The notes beneath the pieces were generated by a model that saw only the letters and a program-made list of their open reading frames with translations, was not told the origin of the DNA and ran no database searches. The translations under genes were made by a program, and so were the position numbers. A DNA stretch of 64,000 nucleotides from Octopus sinensis (Eukaryota), in assembly GCF_006345805.1 (NCBI RefSeq), contig NC_042999.1, positions 105,648,001 through 105,712,000 on the forward strand, given 5' to 3'. Numbering within the stretch: position 1 is the first letter of the stretch; each line of letters begins with the position of its first letter. Of the stretch, positions 26,399 through 41,020 are shown in pieces.

Positions 26399-26745
26399 AA
26401 AAGGAAATGAAGAAAATGCTGACAAAATAATTTAAGTAAGGGAGAGTGTATTTAATTAGGTGAAAGTTCTTTTTACCGGTTGTGCATTTGTTATGGTTAT
26501 CAAAAGATATTTTGAGTGAGATAGAGTTCCTTTCGGATTGATTTTTTTCTCTTATCAATCAGAAAGGAACTCTATCTCACTCAAAATATCTTTTGATAAG
26601 CATAACAAATGCGCAACCGGTAAAAAGAACTTTCACCTAATTAAATACACTCTCTCTTACTTAAGTTATTTTGTCAGCATTTTCTTCATTTCCTTTTTTA
26701 TATATCACAACTCGTGTTCCACATCTCCTTTTTTAAATATATATA
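26399..26745. mobile_element. Fold-back palindromic element between (TA)n tracts, no recognisable ribozyme
   Basis: Arms about 26399-26542 / 26554-26700 with a few mismatches, 11-bp spacer, short right extension. Confidence 0.8.
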
Positions 26746-27555
26746 TATATATATGTATATATATACATATATATATACATATACATATACATATGTATGT
26801 ATATATGTATGTATATACATATATATATACAATTATATACATGTATATATATATATATATATACATACACACACATATATGCTTATATTTATCAAATGAA
26901 ATTATTTTAAAATCTTTTATTAAAACAGTCCGTTATCAGATATGCTGTGATTCTAGCACTAAACCATATGAGATGTAGGAATGCTAATTTTAAGTATATC
27001 AATGCAATTATCATCTAAGGTCCCAATAAATCTTGAAAAACTGAGAGATACATTTGTAAAATCTTTATGAAACTAATCATTCATACGGCTTTTATTGAAA
27101 ATCTAAAGTTTTACGAAGCTTTTTGTTCATTACTTGTTATATTTTATGTTATCACTATTAAAATATGTTCGATCACCAGAGACACCGGCATTTTGTTCCT
27201 TATGGCTGAATATGTATATTGAATGAGCATTAGTCTTTTGCATTATTCATAAGGTGTATCGTAGGCTATAGAGTGTACATTATAGTATCTACCATACTTT
27301 TAACAACGAACAATGAACTCTAATGCTAATTCTCGAATTATAACAGAATTAACATTTCATAGTTGACAAATATGCAAACAGTGCTGGTCAAATCAATGTA
27401 TTTATATTCAATTGCTGGATGCGTACCTTTCCAGAAGTTTTCAGCACTGGATACGCTTTGATTAAAATTTCTTATTAATCTTTAGACAATGCAATTTCAC
27501 AATGGAAAGATAAACGTAAAGGTGATACTACAAATTATACTATAAAATCTTGCCG

Positions 27556-27849
27556 AGCAAGTGACCTGATCTGAGATCGTGTGCTGGAACGAAAACAATT
27601 GCAGCGTGGAAGGAGTTTATAATTCATTTAAGAAATACACAAAAACAGCTTGATTCACTTCAACATTTAAACTTAATTTGTCAAAATATTTGGTCGCTTT
27701 GAGACCGCAACCTGTTCACTGACAAAACTTCGTGCTAGGTCGCGGTCTCAAAGCGACGAAAATATTTTGACAAATTAAGTTTAAATGTTGAAGTGAATCT
27801 AACGGTTTTTGTGCTTCTTAAATGGCTTATAAACACCTTCCACGCTGCA
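27556..27849 (-). mobile_element. Fold-back element, family A copy 2 (ribozyme damaged in one arm, truncated in the other)
   Basis: Homologous to 20391-20715; arms about 27600-27715 / 27737-27849. Confidence 0.85.
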
Positions 27850-28339
27850 CTTGAAATATCATTCATATCATGAATAAAAGAGAAATCTCCATCTCATATC
27901 ACTATAGCAAATCTTTTACATAAATTGACCGATATTTTGTACGCCACACACATTTTCTCGGTGAATATGTCCTTCACTTTTCATGCATATTATTGATACC
28001 TACTCGGCAAATCACGCTGACCCGTTTTTTATTTATCTTCTGGAAATAACACATACTCAAGCAGTTCTTCGTAACTTCTTTCTCCCTGTTTCCTCCTTAC
28101 ACATACAACATTGATTTACCTTCTATGAAATGTAAAGCAATATTTAGCTTGACATCGCACTTTGCAAAGTGTTAAAGTTACGTTTCTTACAAGGAAACGA
28201 CTACGTTTCTTATCAGGAAAGGATTACCTTTCTTTCCAGCAATACATGATTCGACTCTTAAGACACTAATCTATAAAGCATAGTGTAGATACCGGGAAGA
28301 CAAATGATTCAACACTGAAAAAATAAGGGTCTGTACAAT

Positions 28340-28538
28340 CCTTTCTATAAAAGGTACAAAGCCTGGAATTTGGTTAGACGAGACTAAGCAATTATATCGA
28401 CTCCAGTATTTTAATGGTACTTAATTTATCGACTTCGAAAGGATAAAAGACAAAGTCGACCTCAGACCGTAACGACGGGTGAAATACTGCCAAGCATTTT
28501 GTTCAGCGTGCTAACGATTCTGCTAGCTTGCCGCCTTA
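28340..28538 (-). mobile_element. Decayed SINE
   Basis: tcgactccagta..ggtacttaatttatcgac..aaagtcgacctc..gctaacgattctgc. Confidence 0.7.
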
Positions 28539-29722
28539 AATAATTTCATTTGGAATATGTCAGTCGATTTTACAGTGTCTTCAGTGCAAATGTGCCGGAT
28601 ATAGGCGCAGTGGAGTGACTGCTCACTCTAATAGTGTGTTATGTATTTAAAACAAAAAGTTTTGAAGCAAACATCTGTAATGATATCAAGAATATATTGA
28701 AAAACAAACAATCATTTAACATGTAGACACATACGCAAGAAAACACCTCCGATACAAATATACACGGCATGTAGTTTATATTACTGCTACATACTACAAA
28801 CATTCGATAAACATTATATTCAATGGAATAGAAAACATAGAATCAAATCGAACTACTAATTCTACGTAAGATATGAAGGTTTAGGTGCATGTGCAGTGAA
28901 AATGTGTGATAACATTAAGACTGTAGAATAACAATAATGAAGGGAATATCTACAGCAGCGATATATCGAGAAATAAAAGTGAGTGTTTGACAACATTGAA
29001 TACAATACTTTGCCCGTACTTGATTGATAGCATGTATAGGTGACTTAAATATCATAAAGTTGATGGCTCTGGAACATAATATGCCATATGTAATTACTGT
29101 AAGTTATTTTGCTTGCTACTCAAACTATATTGTTAATCAGTGTACGTATTATAAAATAACGCATAACATATTATTATTGAGGATAGTAAACACTGTGCCT
29201 CCGGATAATATTTAATGAAGATAACATCATTCTCTTCATTTTATTATTTACATTAATGCCTACAAAGTGAGAAAGTACACAAATATTTTCTTTAAAAAGA
29301 GTTTTAATTAAGTGCAATCAGCTTCGGTGATTAAAATATATAATAATGGCAGGAAGTGATAATTATCCTGCTCTATGGCGTGGTAACACTCCCTCATTCA
29401 CCGGTTGTTATTTCTTAGCTACTTAACCAAATGATCCAAAATTTACAGGTGTAACAAACATTTTTTAGCATACAATGACTGTAAACTATTCATGTTAGTA
29501 GTATAAACCTAAACACACAGTGAAGCTCATACACAACCTCGTAGGTTATTCTGCCAGTGCAACTTTTAGTAAGGCAGATCTGAATCAAAACGTTTACGAA
29601 AATATATGCAACCCTTCACTGTATACACTGTACTGCTTTCCTACGTTTTTCCACCTACCTGCACGATTCTATGTATGCGTATGTGTGGATTATATATGAT
29701 TATATGTGTGTATATTTGTATT

Positions 29723-29819
<97 letters not shown>

Positions 29820-31908
29820 TCGAACACAAACACATAAATACAAGCAGAAACACAGAAAAGCCCAGCCATGTATATATACATACACACACATACACACATT
29901 TACTTGTATATATTGAACTATATATATATATATATATATTATATAAATGTGTTGGCTCCTGTGCGATTATTGAAATATGTCAACTTCCTTAAAGGCATTC
30001 TGTCTTAATCTGCACTTTTCGAGTATGTCATATCCACAAAACGTTTAATCGAAACATTAGACATGGAGGTGTTCCAGTACGACCACAGCTGCAGGCTTGT
30101 AACGAGTAAAAGAGCAATAGAGTATAAGTGTTTATTCTTCAATTTCTCTCACGTGTTGTTTTTTTTTGTTTTTCTGCCCTTTTCTTGTTGCTCTTACAAT
30201 ACTTGTAGAGCTTGCTGCTCCTAATATTTCAATAATTCTAAACTCAGTTCTTAGACACTCTCTGATTTTGAAACAGCTGGTGAATTTCCGGCCATCTATG
30301 TTCAAATGTATTCAACTATCCTTTAATAAAACAACCTTCAGCTCATATCGCAAGACATCCAGGCATTATTTTTATTAATAAAAACTGAATGCGTGTGATT
30401 ATATTGAAATATAAATTAATTTATTTTAAAGAAATATTGTAAGATGTAGGTTCAATCTTCGTATGCAACTTCGAATTAAAGTAATCGACGCAAATCTGTT
30501 CTCATTTGGAAAACTTGGAGTGAAGCGGATGGAAGGAAATAAGTGTTTCCTATTAAATGCTCTATATTATAGAAGGATAATTTCTTAATAAATCCAAATG
30601 TTTTCTTCCTTTCCTTTCTTTGATGTATGCAGCAAGGCTGTATCTTCCATATTTATCACTTGTTTCCGACATTGAATACGTTTGTTTTAAAAGTATGCGA
30701 CGCTAAAACCCTTTTAATGTCATAAATAATGTTGAAAATATATAGGAATTTTTAACAAGGTGTTGTACATATATTCGCTGCCGGCAACTAATATACGATT
30801 ATACATAGAATATGACGTAATATATGCCTGAATGGTTCTACGTACACAAATGATCTGGAATTATAAAAAAAGTCATTTTAGTTGAGTAAAATGAGATGTG
30901 ACATTAAATTAATTTTTTTTTTTGATATTGTTCTTTGAAAGTTTTCATTCTTATGACACTTTTTTTTCTATTGTTTACAACAACACTGTTATCTGACTTT
31001 TCTTTACCAGTGAGTGTCTGATATACATGTGTGTATCAAGACTAGGAAGATAGCATCTCACTCTATAGAATAACTTATACTGGTAACTTATCTAACATGT
31101 TAACAAACACCAAATTTAAGTAGAGAATGCCAGCAAGATTGTTTCTGCAATTTTAGAACACATGAGGAGAAATGTCTCTAAAGATAATAGCGTCCTACAA
31201 GTTCGTGTCAGATAAACTATTGACAAATTTTGAAATGTGCGGTAATCATGGAACACATTAAGAAATTATACTTGAAATGTGTTCTTTCAGGGAAGGCCAA
31301 ACTATTTTTATTTTATTCCATTAACAGAAAACAGAAATAATATCCGGGAGATTTGGTGACGCTATTTTGAGTTTGATAACTTAAGTTTCTTCCATTTTAT
31401 TTAAATACAAGATGGACAGTATGCATCACCAGCATAGCAGATGTAACAAAAATATATATTAATGAAAGCTTCCATTTGGTATAGCTCTAAATAAGTAATT
31501 AGTGTACATATTTACAGGAAAAGAGAAAGATTGAGATCGTAAGAAACGCAGCATTCAGTGCGTAAATTATATAAGAATTCAAATGTGTTTGAGAACCTTC
31601 TTTCCCAACTTCATTTTCTACTAAAAATGTAATTTCCTCCGTTAGTGATATTACTTCGGAATATTTTCTAGCTTAGTTTGTAAACGTATCATCCAATCTC
31701 CATTTAAACACTTGTTGTTTACGCAAACTTTCAGCATCGACTCTTATCTAGCCTTTATAAATATTCAATGATCTTATCTCACGGTGTATTTTCTTTTTTT
31801 TCAACTTCGATTTCTCTTTCCATTTCAACTCCTATTTTATTTAATTTCTTTTCGAATTGTCTCATTGGTTATTTCTTATTTATTTACCATACACACCTTA
31901 TATGGTCA

Positions 31909-31959
<51 letters not shown>

Positions 31960-32091
31960 ACTCAAACAAACACACACACATGGAAATGTATATACGCATT
32001 TATATTTATAGAGAGATAGACAAACATATTTATATATATACGTATATTTCTCTCTATATACGGATATACATACGTACACACACACCCACTC

Positions 32092-32138
<47 letters not shown>

Positions 32139-32429
32139 CATATGCACACACAACCCCACGCGAACATTCATACGTACACCTACATACACACACACACGCA
32201 CACATACATGCACACACGTACACTCAACTAGACGGACAGTCACACACGCACGCACACACACAACATGTACATACACGCACACACATACTTCAAACTGTCA
32301 GACAAACACCTTTCTACTGACAAATCCTCTACGCACATGTGAAGAGACACACAGCTACACAAAGCACCGCCTGCTCCCCTTACCCTGCTGCTTAATTCTT
32401 CCTACAACATTAAGTGACACAGACTTCCG

Positions 32430-32640
32430 GTCATTTCACAATGTAAACACATGTGAATCTTTGGCGATTTTCTTCCTCCGTCTTCCTTTCAATTGGATTT
32501 TCCTCTGTTTTTAAAGAAGATCATTGCTCAAACCGTTAAACCACTTTCTTTCATTCCCTGAGCCTCTGGTAATGCTTTACATGTACCATATCCTCATGAT
32601 GCTATTTTTTGTGCTTGTTCTTCTTTTGGGGATTTACTAT
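32430..32640 (+). mobile_element. Decayed family F PLE-like terminal module
   Basis: Reverse-complement homolog of 32678-32888 (ttggcgattt.cttcctccgtcttcc; gctc.aaac.gttaaacc). Confidence 0.6.
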
Positions 32641-32643
32641 ATT

Positions 32644-32677
<34 letters not shown>

Positions 32678-32883
32678 GAAAACGCAAAAAGAAAAAAAAA
32701 CAGAACAACGAGAGGACGTGGAACAAATATAGCATTATTGGATGCTCAGGAAGGAAGGGAAGAAAGAGGGTTTAACGTTTCGAGCGGATAACTTCGTCAG
32801 AAACATAGAAAAGGGGAAGATTCCGAGAAGGGAAGACGGAGGAAAAAAATCGCCAACGGTACACACGCGGTCACATTTTGAAT

Positions 32884-32888
<5 letters not shown>
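32678..32888 (-). mobile_element. Family F module with hammerhead core (32770-32804) between (TA)n tracts
   Basis: Minus: guuu-CUGACGA-aguuauccgcuc-GAAA-CG-UU-aaac; stem II weak. Confidence 0.65.
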
Positions 32889-32914
<26 letters not shown>

Positions 32915-32918
<4 letters not shown>

Positions 32919-33070
32919 GGTCCCGGGTTGAGTCGGGGTTAACCACAGTAAATAAGGTACTCAATACATAGCATAGTAAATTGATTTATTTTATAGAAGG
33001 AGCTTCTACAGGACTAGAACTGTTTCATTTGAATGAAACAGTTCTAGTCCTGTAGAAGCTCCTTCTATAA
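32915..33070 (-). mobile_element. Fold-back element, family B copy 1
   Basis: Perfect 39-bp arms 32991-33029 / 33032-33070; tail homologous to 43425-43495; TA tracts on both sides. Confidence 0.85.
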
Positions 33071-33925
33071 TATATATATATTTATTTATTTATATGAATA
33101 TGTCTATATGTAGTAGCTGATGACTGTAAGCTTGAATTTGTGAAAGTATGGCACGATACTTCGTTATATTACAGCTAATTCAGATGCCGACGTTCATAAT
33201 CTTGGGAGAAAAGTAACTGTACATCCTTCAAAAACCCTTTCAGGTGGCTCAGTGTTAGATGAATCTATCTGTCATTCGATCTAGCAAGAATTTTGCTTTG
33301 TTTTTCAAGAATACTTTACTATAATTAGCATGATTAAAGCACGCACGGAATCTTCTTTTAATGAATGGTATCAGGACGGAATTTCTAATACTGTTCTGAT
33401 CACAATAGCAGATTTTCGTTCTTTAAATGTTTACATATCAAAACCATATACCGCTGCATAAAATCGATCCATAGAGAGAAAATAAATATTCATTAAAATA
33501 CCCGAACGTATTCCATCTCTGAAGGAATACTATTTTTAATATATACGTCTTACCTTTCGTTTTCACGAAAATACATCCAATGTTTAAACATCAACTTAGT
33601 GCGTAGAATTTCATGCCAAACGCATAAATCCCCCCCCCCAACTCCGAAAAAAGGTCATTTACTTGTATGTATGTGTAAGCGTGTAAGTGTATATCTAAGT
33701 TTGTGTATGTGATATATAATTCACGATACAGGTATAGATAGACCACGGTGGTGAATACGTTGGGAAGATAGAGAACGTGCTATAATTGAAGAATACACGA
33801 TTTACACTTTGCATAAATTATTTCAAAGTTCAATTTAAAGTCCATTTGCAGTTAGTTATAATAAGACATTTTATACATTTCACACACACATACACACATA
33901 CATATATGTATGTATATATTACATC

Positions 33926-33959
<34 letters not shown>

Positions 33960-33974
33960 ATATATATATATGTT

Positions 33975-33978
33975 ATTA

Positions 33979-34047
<69 letters not shown>

Positions 34048-34075
34048 TATTACTATTATTATTATTATTATTATT
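33975..34075. repeat. (TTA)n microsatellite
   Basis: Direct reading. Confidence 0.95.
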
Positions 34076-34704
34076 TGTATTTAATTTTATACATTCTTGT
34101 CGTTATCACGTTATAATTCTGATGCTTGTTATACGTTGACAGTTAGGTGTTGAAAATTCTATTGTAATTTAAAGATTTATATGGCACACACATTAATATG
34201 ACTTGTAAGCACCATAATCTATTTCGATTACCATATTTAACCTATATCTCGTTTTCACTGATACACCATATTCAAACTGTTATAGCTGTAGATAATTAGG
34301 CCGTTACTTTTGATGCAATAAAATTGCAGACATATGCTACGCTGCTTCTCGTTTTTCCAAAGGACATTGTTATATACCAGGTCTTTTTATGTGCAACTCC
34401 ATATGTTTATATATTTGCATTTATGTACATGCACAGACAAATACGTCATTATGAATACACACATGTATGTTTTTCTTACTTTCCACGTGTTTTCAGAAGA
34501 AACTTTGTAAAATTGCAATTAATACGATACAAAATGCCAATAGTAGGATAACTGAAATCATTTGAGTGGAGACAAGTGCAATTCAAAATGAAAATCATAT
34601 ACCACAAATGTATGCCCGCATAGGTTTACAGAAAAGCATACACTCGCGCATATACGCAAGCTCACATGCATGCATATATACATTTATATATATACAATAA
34701 TAAT

Positions 34705-34707
34705 TAT

Positions 34708-34787
<80 letters not shown>

Positions 34788-34828
34788 TGATGATGATGAT
34801 GATGATGATGATGTTGATGATGATGATG

Positions 34829-34863
<35 letters not shown>

Positions 34864-34899
34864 GTGATGGTGATAGTGATGATGATGATGATAATAATA

Positions 34900-34935
<36 letters not shown>
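34705..34935. repeat. Compound (AAT)n/(GAT)n microsatellite
   Basis: Direct reading. Confidence 0.95.
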
Positions 34936-34937
<2 letters not shown>

Positions 34938-34939
34938 TT

Positions 34940-35085
34940 GTCCGATAGGAACAAGACCTGAAAATTGGGAGGAATGTTGAATCCAAAGTCAACATCTCTG
35001 GAACAATATTTCAGTACGTAAAGACGGACGAAATGTCGCAAAGTATGTTTCCCGTTGTGCAAACGATTCTGCCAGCGCTCCGAGG
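34940..35085 (-). mobile_element. Decayed SINE between trinucleotide tracts
   Basis: cgtaaagacggacgaaatg..gcaaacgattctgccagc. Confidence 0.6.
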
Positions 35086-35101
35086 TAATAACAATAACAA
35101 T

Positions 35102-35138
<37 letters not shown>

Positions 35139-35544
35139 CAACAACAACAGCATCAACAACAACAAAAACAGCAGCAGCAGCAACAACAACAACAACATTA
35201 ATAATGTTAATAATGACAATCTTCTATAATAATAATCTTGCGTTTTTCTCCATCACAACATATGAATGAGAAAGGAAGGTGTGATGGCAAATTAGTAGTG
35301 GGAGCTTTTGAACTCTGTGTCAGTAGGTGTGTTTATGTAAAAGGAAGGTATGTGAAAGATTCTGTATGTGTTTGTGTGTGTATGTTTGCGTGTGTATTTA
35401 TGTGTGTGTGTGCAATGGAAGTGGGATGGTTAAAAGACAAGTCAAATAGCCTTTCTACTCGGTGTGAATATATTTGTATATGTGTGCATGTACAATGGCA
35501 GTATGTGAATGTTTGTATGTGTGAACCAGCATTCGTCAGTAACA

Positions 35545-35900
35545 AACGATGATCGATGTCATATCTCAAAACACAACCACAAAATGTGCGGTCAGTTTGC
35601 AAGAGATGTGAACGCCAAGAGAGATAATGAATGCCGGTGGCTATGGATGAGGAGGAGTGACCTGCAGATAGGGACACTCATGTGCGCAGCTCAGGAACCG
35701 GCGTCCAGAACCAACAATATGAAGTGCAGAATAGACAACACTACCGATAGTGCCAAATGGAGAATGTGTGGCGAGAGGTGGAAAACGGTATGGCACATCG
35801 TTAGCGAATACCAAAAATTGGCACAACCCGAATGCAAACGACGCCATGACAATGTGGCAAAAATGAATCATTGAGAGCTCTGTGGAAATCACTCAAAGAG
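35545..35900 (+). mobile_element. R4/Dong-like fragment (thumb to CCHC knuckle)
   Basis: MCAAQEPASRTNNMKCRIDNTTDSAKWRMCGERWKTVWHIVSEYQKLAQPECKRRHDNVAK (ORF 35509-35874). Confidence 0.85.
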
Positions 35901-38329
35901 CAAAAACGTGGTAAGAGAAAACCACAGAATGATTCGCCTTTTCAATTGCTTTTTTATCTATTTATCTATCTTCGTATATATTTACCTATCCTCTGTCGAT
36001 CTATTATTCTGCATGTCTCTCTGACTTTCTGCATGCCTGTCTACCTATATATGTAGTTCTAGTGCTCACATGCATATCTGCATGCAAATGGTGTCAATTT
36101 GCATACAGGTATGCGTATGGAATACGCATTAAAACATGTATTCAATATATTTACGCTCATCTAATTGAATTTTATATATCTAAAACTTGAAATATTTCTG
36201 CATGATATTGTTTTCAGTTGATACACACCGTTTCTATTCTTTTGTATTTTAGCTGGCATATCAGTCGATATAGCCAGGGCGTTGCGCAGCGATCACTTGT
36301 ACATCTGACGTTTGGCTCATAGGTACAGGCAATTTCTATTTGATGGAGGGAGTGCGCTAATGTACAGTACGAATATTTGATCATCTGTGCAGGTTGTACA
36401 GCAAGGTATTGCAGAACCGTATTTCTCTCCAGAGATACTATAATTTTGCGTTGAACACAGGGGATATTCTTTGAAACACATATATTGAACCGATTTTCTG
36501 TCATCTGTTACATGAACAATATAAATCTACAACTCGAATTACTCGTGTACTTCTGATTATACGCGCGAATACTGTAACTTTTCTTATAAGAAAACGTATT
36601 GTATTATCAGTCAATCACGTATATTTCATAAACTTAATACAGGTTCCTCTAATTATACGAATATTATGTACATTTGTTGTCTTATACGCACAAATCTATA
36701 CACTACCGTTTAGATGTAGACATTTTATGCATATTCAAGCATACTTATTGCGTACATTTACTACGCGTTCATCATAAATTGCTAAAGTGTTATTCCCCAA
36801 TAGATTGGATAATAATTAGCGTTACAAATAACAAATCACCGTTCAGATTTGACATCGTGATTTACATTCGTAACTCTTATACATTATAAATGTTTGTTAC
36901 TGCCCTATTCGCACTGTTCTTTGTTTTTAGCAGCCGTCTCACTTTCATTTTCAATTGCAATTTAGCTTTCTGCATATAAATTATTCAATGCATCATGTGA
37001 TTTAACCTGCAATCATTCATACAAGTTTGAAGCTCTTCATTTCAAGATAGAAACAAAAATTAGTATGTTATGATGACAAATAGCAATTGTTGAACTTTGT
37101 CGTCCCTTTGTCAGTCTTTCTACTGATGGTATTCGTCTGATCTTCTAAACTTTATGCTAACCCCCATATAAATCTAATCAAAATGACCAGGTTTCGTTTA
37201 TGTAACACGCTCGCTCGTTTTGTCTAATCTTCAATTCAAATTATGCGTTTGCCACGGCCAATTTATCAATGCACGTATAACTGCCCTCCAAACACATGGA
37301 AGAAGCCATGATTCCTCTCTGTTATTAATGGAATTCATTATCTTAATTTTTTTAATGCCCACATTTTCAATACTGGTACGAAGGGCATCCATGTGCAACG
37401 TATCATGTATCTAATTTCATATCATAACGACTCATATACCAGGTGAAACCATTTCGATTCTCATCTACTAATTCTTTCTATATTATGCTAAACATAACTG
37501 CACTCTTGATATTCAAATGTTTCTGGCACACTAATTTTTTTCCCAGCATGCATTGTATATTACTTAGTAGAACGTGCAATGAATGTTTCCTGCAGTCAAA
37601 CCTCACCGTCTTTATTTCCTCTCTTTCACTTTCCCTTTCCCTTTCCCTTGTATTAAATCCTTGTAAGATAAAGAGTCCAATTCAGAAAAGGAGTATAAAA
37701 CTGAGACTATATCAGCAATAACTCAATTAAGTATTTACGAACGGTTGTAAGCTAAGTATAAGAATTAGCACCTCTTTTATATCTTGCTCCAGGTTGGTAT
37801 AGATAAATTATTCAGCGGTGGTTTAATCAATGTGTTCACACGACATACTTCGCGACACTACCAAAACGCTCTTATTCTTTCTATTGGTCACACAGAGGGG
37901 ACAGTATATGACGGGGATAGAAAAAAGATGGAAAGGATGAATTAGATAAAATGATAAATGAAATTAAGCCATTTGGCCCCACCTCCGAGCGATTTTATTG
38001 AACCAGTTAATACAACTCCTTTTTAAAACATTATTTGTAAGTTTAAAACATTATTTATAACTGTTAACTCTCATCTTTCCGAGGAACGTCTATGTAAAAT
38101 TTCTTTAAAAGTTCAAGATAGCTTACCCTTTCTGGTATTGTACTAGTGTGTATATTCTTGACGCACTACTCATAATTTTTTACTCTCGAAAGATACTATG
38201 GGTCTGCCTCCGCATAATGATGTACTCGAGCAACCCCCTAACTTCTGCTATATTCACTTTTCTCGGTCTGTCCCACGAGTCTATCTCATTATAAGGCTAT
38301 TCATTTTGTCCGTTACACATTGTAACATT

Positions 38330-38373
<44 letters not shown>

Positions 38374-38652
38374 CATATATTCATAAATACACACACCTAT
38401 ATTTAGACATACATATATTAATACACATACATGCATGTAATACATAAAGTATACACATGCACACACACACTCGCACACTTACAGTTCCATACATACGCAT
38501 ACAACGTCAATAGTAATAAATTCTGATTTACACATAGAACTAACAACTTTGAAGGAATTCTGTTAGCTGACACATCGAGTAGTACTTTATTTTATTGATA
38601 TCCAACGCATGAAATGCAAAGTTGACGTTGTCCAGATTTGAGATTAGAACGT

Positions 38653-38656
<4 letters not shown>

Positions 38657-38742
<86 letters not shown>
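38657..38742. repeat. (GA)n microsatellite
   Basis: Direct reading. Confidence 0.97.
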
Positions 38743-38746
<4 letters not shown>

Positions 38747-39554
38747 GAAAAAATGCAACATAATTTTTCCTATTATTAATCAATTATGCAAATAGCAGCT
38801 GTATGAAATGCATCACAAATAATGCTATTGTAAATCATGACACTGAAATTACAATTCTCTAATGAAATTTTAACAATCAGTAATAATACGTTTCATCACA
38901 AATGCAATGCAAAACTGAAATATATAGAAAATGTGAGGAAATAGTTCTCGATAAATACTTTGAACTGTTTTGATAAACAAACTTAGTTTTATACAAAGTT
39001 ATTTCGCTAAATGATGCCATTTTTATTCTTTAAAAAATGGACTTTTAATGTCATACGCGAGTAAACTGAGATGACTACTCCTGAGATTACAAAAATTATA
39101 TTGTACATCTGAATGTGATAATAAATAATTTCGTAATGTAAATCATATATTAAATCCTATACTTTATATCATTGCCTGTATTAAGCTTTGTAAGATAAAT
39201 CATATAGAAAAAACATGATTTTGGCGAAAACCATAAAATGTCATTTTACAGTAGTTTTTTTTATATTTTGGTTTATGGTATGCTATATATCAAAGTGAAT
39301 ATATTTTCAAATTGATTTGAAAGTGTGATAACATGGCGGCATTTCCTGGTTATTTGATGAAAAAACTACAACATAAACAACATATATTATACATTAATGT
39401 TCTTAAAAAATTTCAAATGAATACAATATACGGCATGTTCATAAATTTCACCTATCTGTATTAGTGATAATTTAATTATGTCTAACTTTAAACAGAATTT
39501 TTTCTCAAGTTCACTTAGACACTATATCCAGTTTATTTATTCATTCAATGTTCA

Positions 39555-39760
39555 GAGAGCGTAAGTAGCGATTTGGTAGATTATTTACCGTTCCTGATGT
39601 ATACCACTTTTATGTCCTTAGCTCAAATGTCACCGCGGCCGATTTTGTCTTTCATCAATCGTGGTCGATAAAATAAATACCAGCTGAACACTGGAGGCCA
39701 ATGAAATTGACTTAAGCCCTGCCCCGAAAGTTCGGACGCTGTCGCAAAATTTAAGACCAA
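39555..39760 (+). mobile_element. Decayed SINE
   Basis: ctcaaatgtcaccgcggccgattttgtctttcat..ggtcgataaaataaatacca. Confidence 0.6.
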
Positions 39761-40938
39761 TGCCGTCAATATTTTGGTGGAAAATTTCCATCCACAATGT
39801 TGGTGGGGCTTTGAGGAGGTGACACTCTATGATGAAGATGGCTTTTAGTTGATCCGATGTAGGTGGCTGTACAAGAATAAGTCAGCTGGTAGATATCATT
39901 TGATTTTTAAACACAGGTGTATCTGTCCGATTTGGCGTGTAGTACATCAGTTAAGAACTCAAGATATGTACGTCATCCGTCATGAATCACAGATCATATA
40001 ATAGAAAAGCCCCTCCCCGAAATAAAATTGGATTGATTATACAGGAATTAATAGATGTTAGCTAAATATCATATGAATGGTGTTCATAATAATCTCATCT
40101 CTTGTGTATTTTCTTCATCTAGTAAATATCTTCTCCACTACGATTCCCTAAAACTTGAGAACTACACAACCAATTCCATTCAAATTTTACACATGCCTTA
40201 CTGAGGGTGCATGTAGTTTCATGGGCAAAGAAAATGTTCAACTTCTTGCCTAGAGCGAGCTCATAGCAATATCATATCTTCTCCACTATTTCAGTATTAC
40301 GTGTCAAAAGTGAAACAAAAACGTTTTTCTATTTTATGTCAGATACTTTCACTTTAACAATAAAAATAATAATAATAACAATTGAACTATATGTAGTAAG
40401 TAATAATTAAAATCAAACTAAAGTATAATATAATCGTAACATAACAAAAGTAAAAATAGCAATTGTTATAAAATTGCATCAATGATTTGAACTTGAATAA
40501 GTGGTTTCACATGAATAGGAATAAATTAAAAATAAAATTAGCGTGCAAGAATGGAATAGTCCAGATGGATAATAAAAAATTAAATTAAAGAAAAGACTAT
40601 TGTCTATAAAGTATATAATGTAGAGAAAAAAGAAGATTTGAACACATGGAGGAAAGCACCTTCGAAAAGTGTCTTGGTGCGACTATGAAAGGTATCTAAT
40701 CAGAGGCGGTAAATTCGCCACAATAGAAACAAGGTTCGAGTCAACGGAGCGTGCAAGGGAGTACTCGACTCGAACTTGCAAAGTGGAAATATTTTATTTT
40801 TACCTTTATATCTGGGACGTAGGACGTCTCGCACTAGCGATATCAAGATATAACTTTGTATTTTGTATTTTATGTGTAGATGTATATATATAGATGTACA
40901 TGTAATATGTTCACATATATATACACATATATACAGGC

Positions 40939-40979
40939 ACTAGCATTTATGACCCGGCAACGACGGGTCTTTAATGCTA

Positions 40980-40981
<2 letters not shown>
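40939..40981. other. CTAG-bounded hairpin resembling the Helitron-like element terminus
   Basis: actagcatt..gacccg gcaacga cgggtc..aatgctagt followed by (TA)n. Confidence 0.55.

Positions 40982-41020
<39 letters not shown>

Noticed and set aside
36214-36504. Cys-rich open frames on minus
   Set aside because: Two competing frames, no motif, no convincing splice pair.
40730-40778. gttcgagtc...gactcgaac inverted repeat with B-box-like sequence
   Set aside because: No cloverleaf or A-box spacing, so not a tRNA; single short stem.
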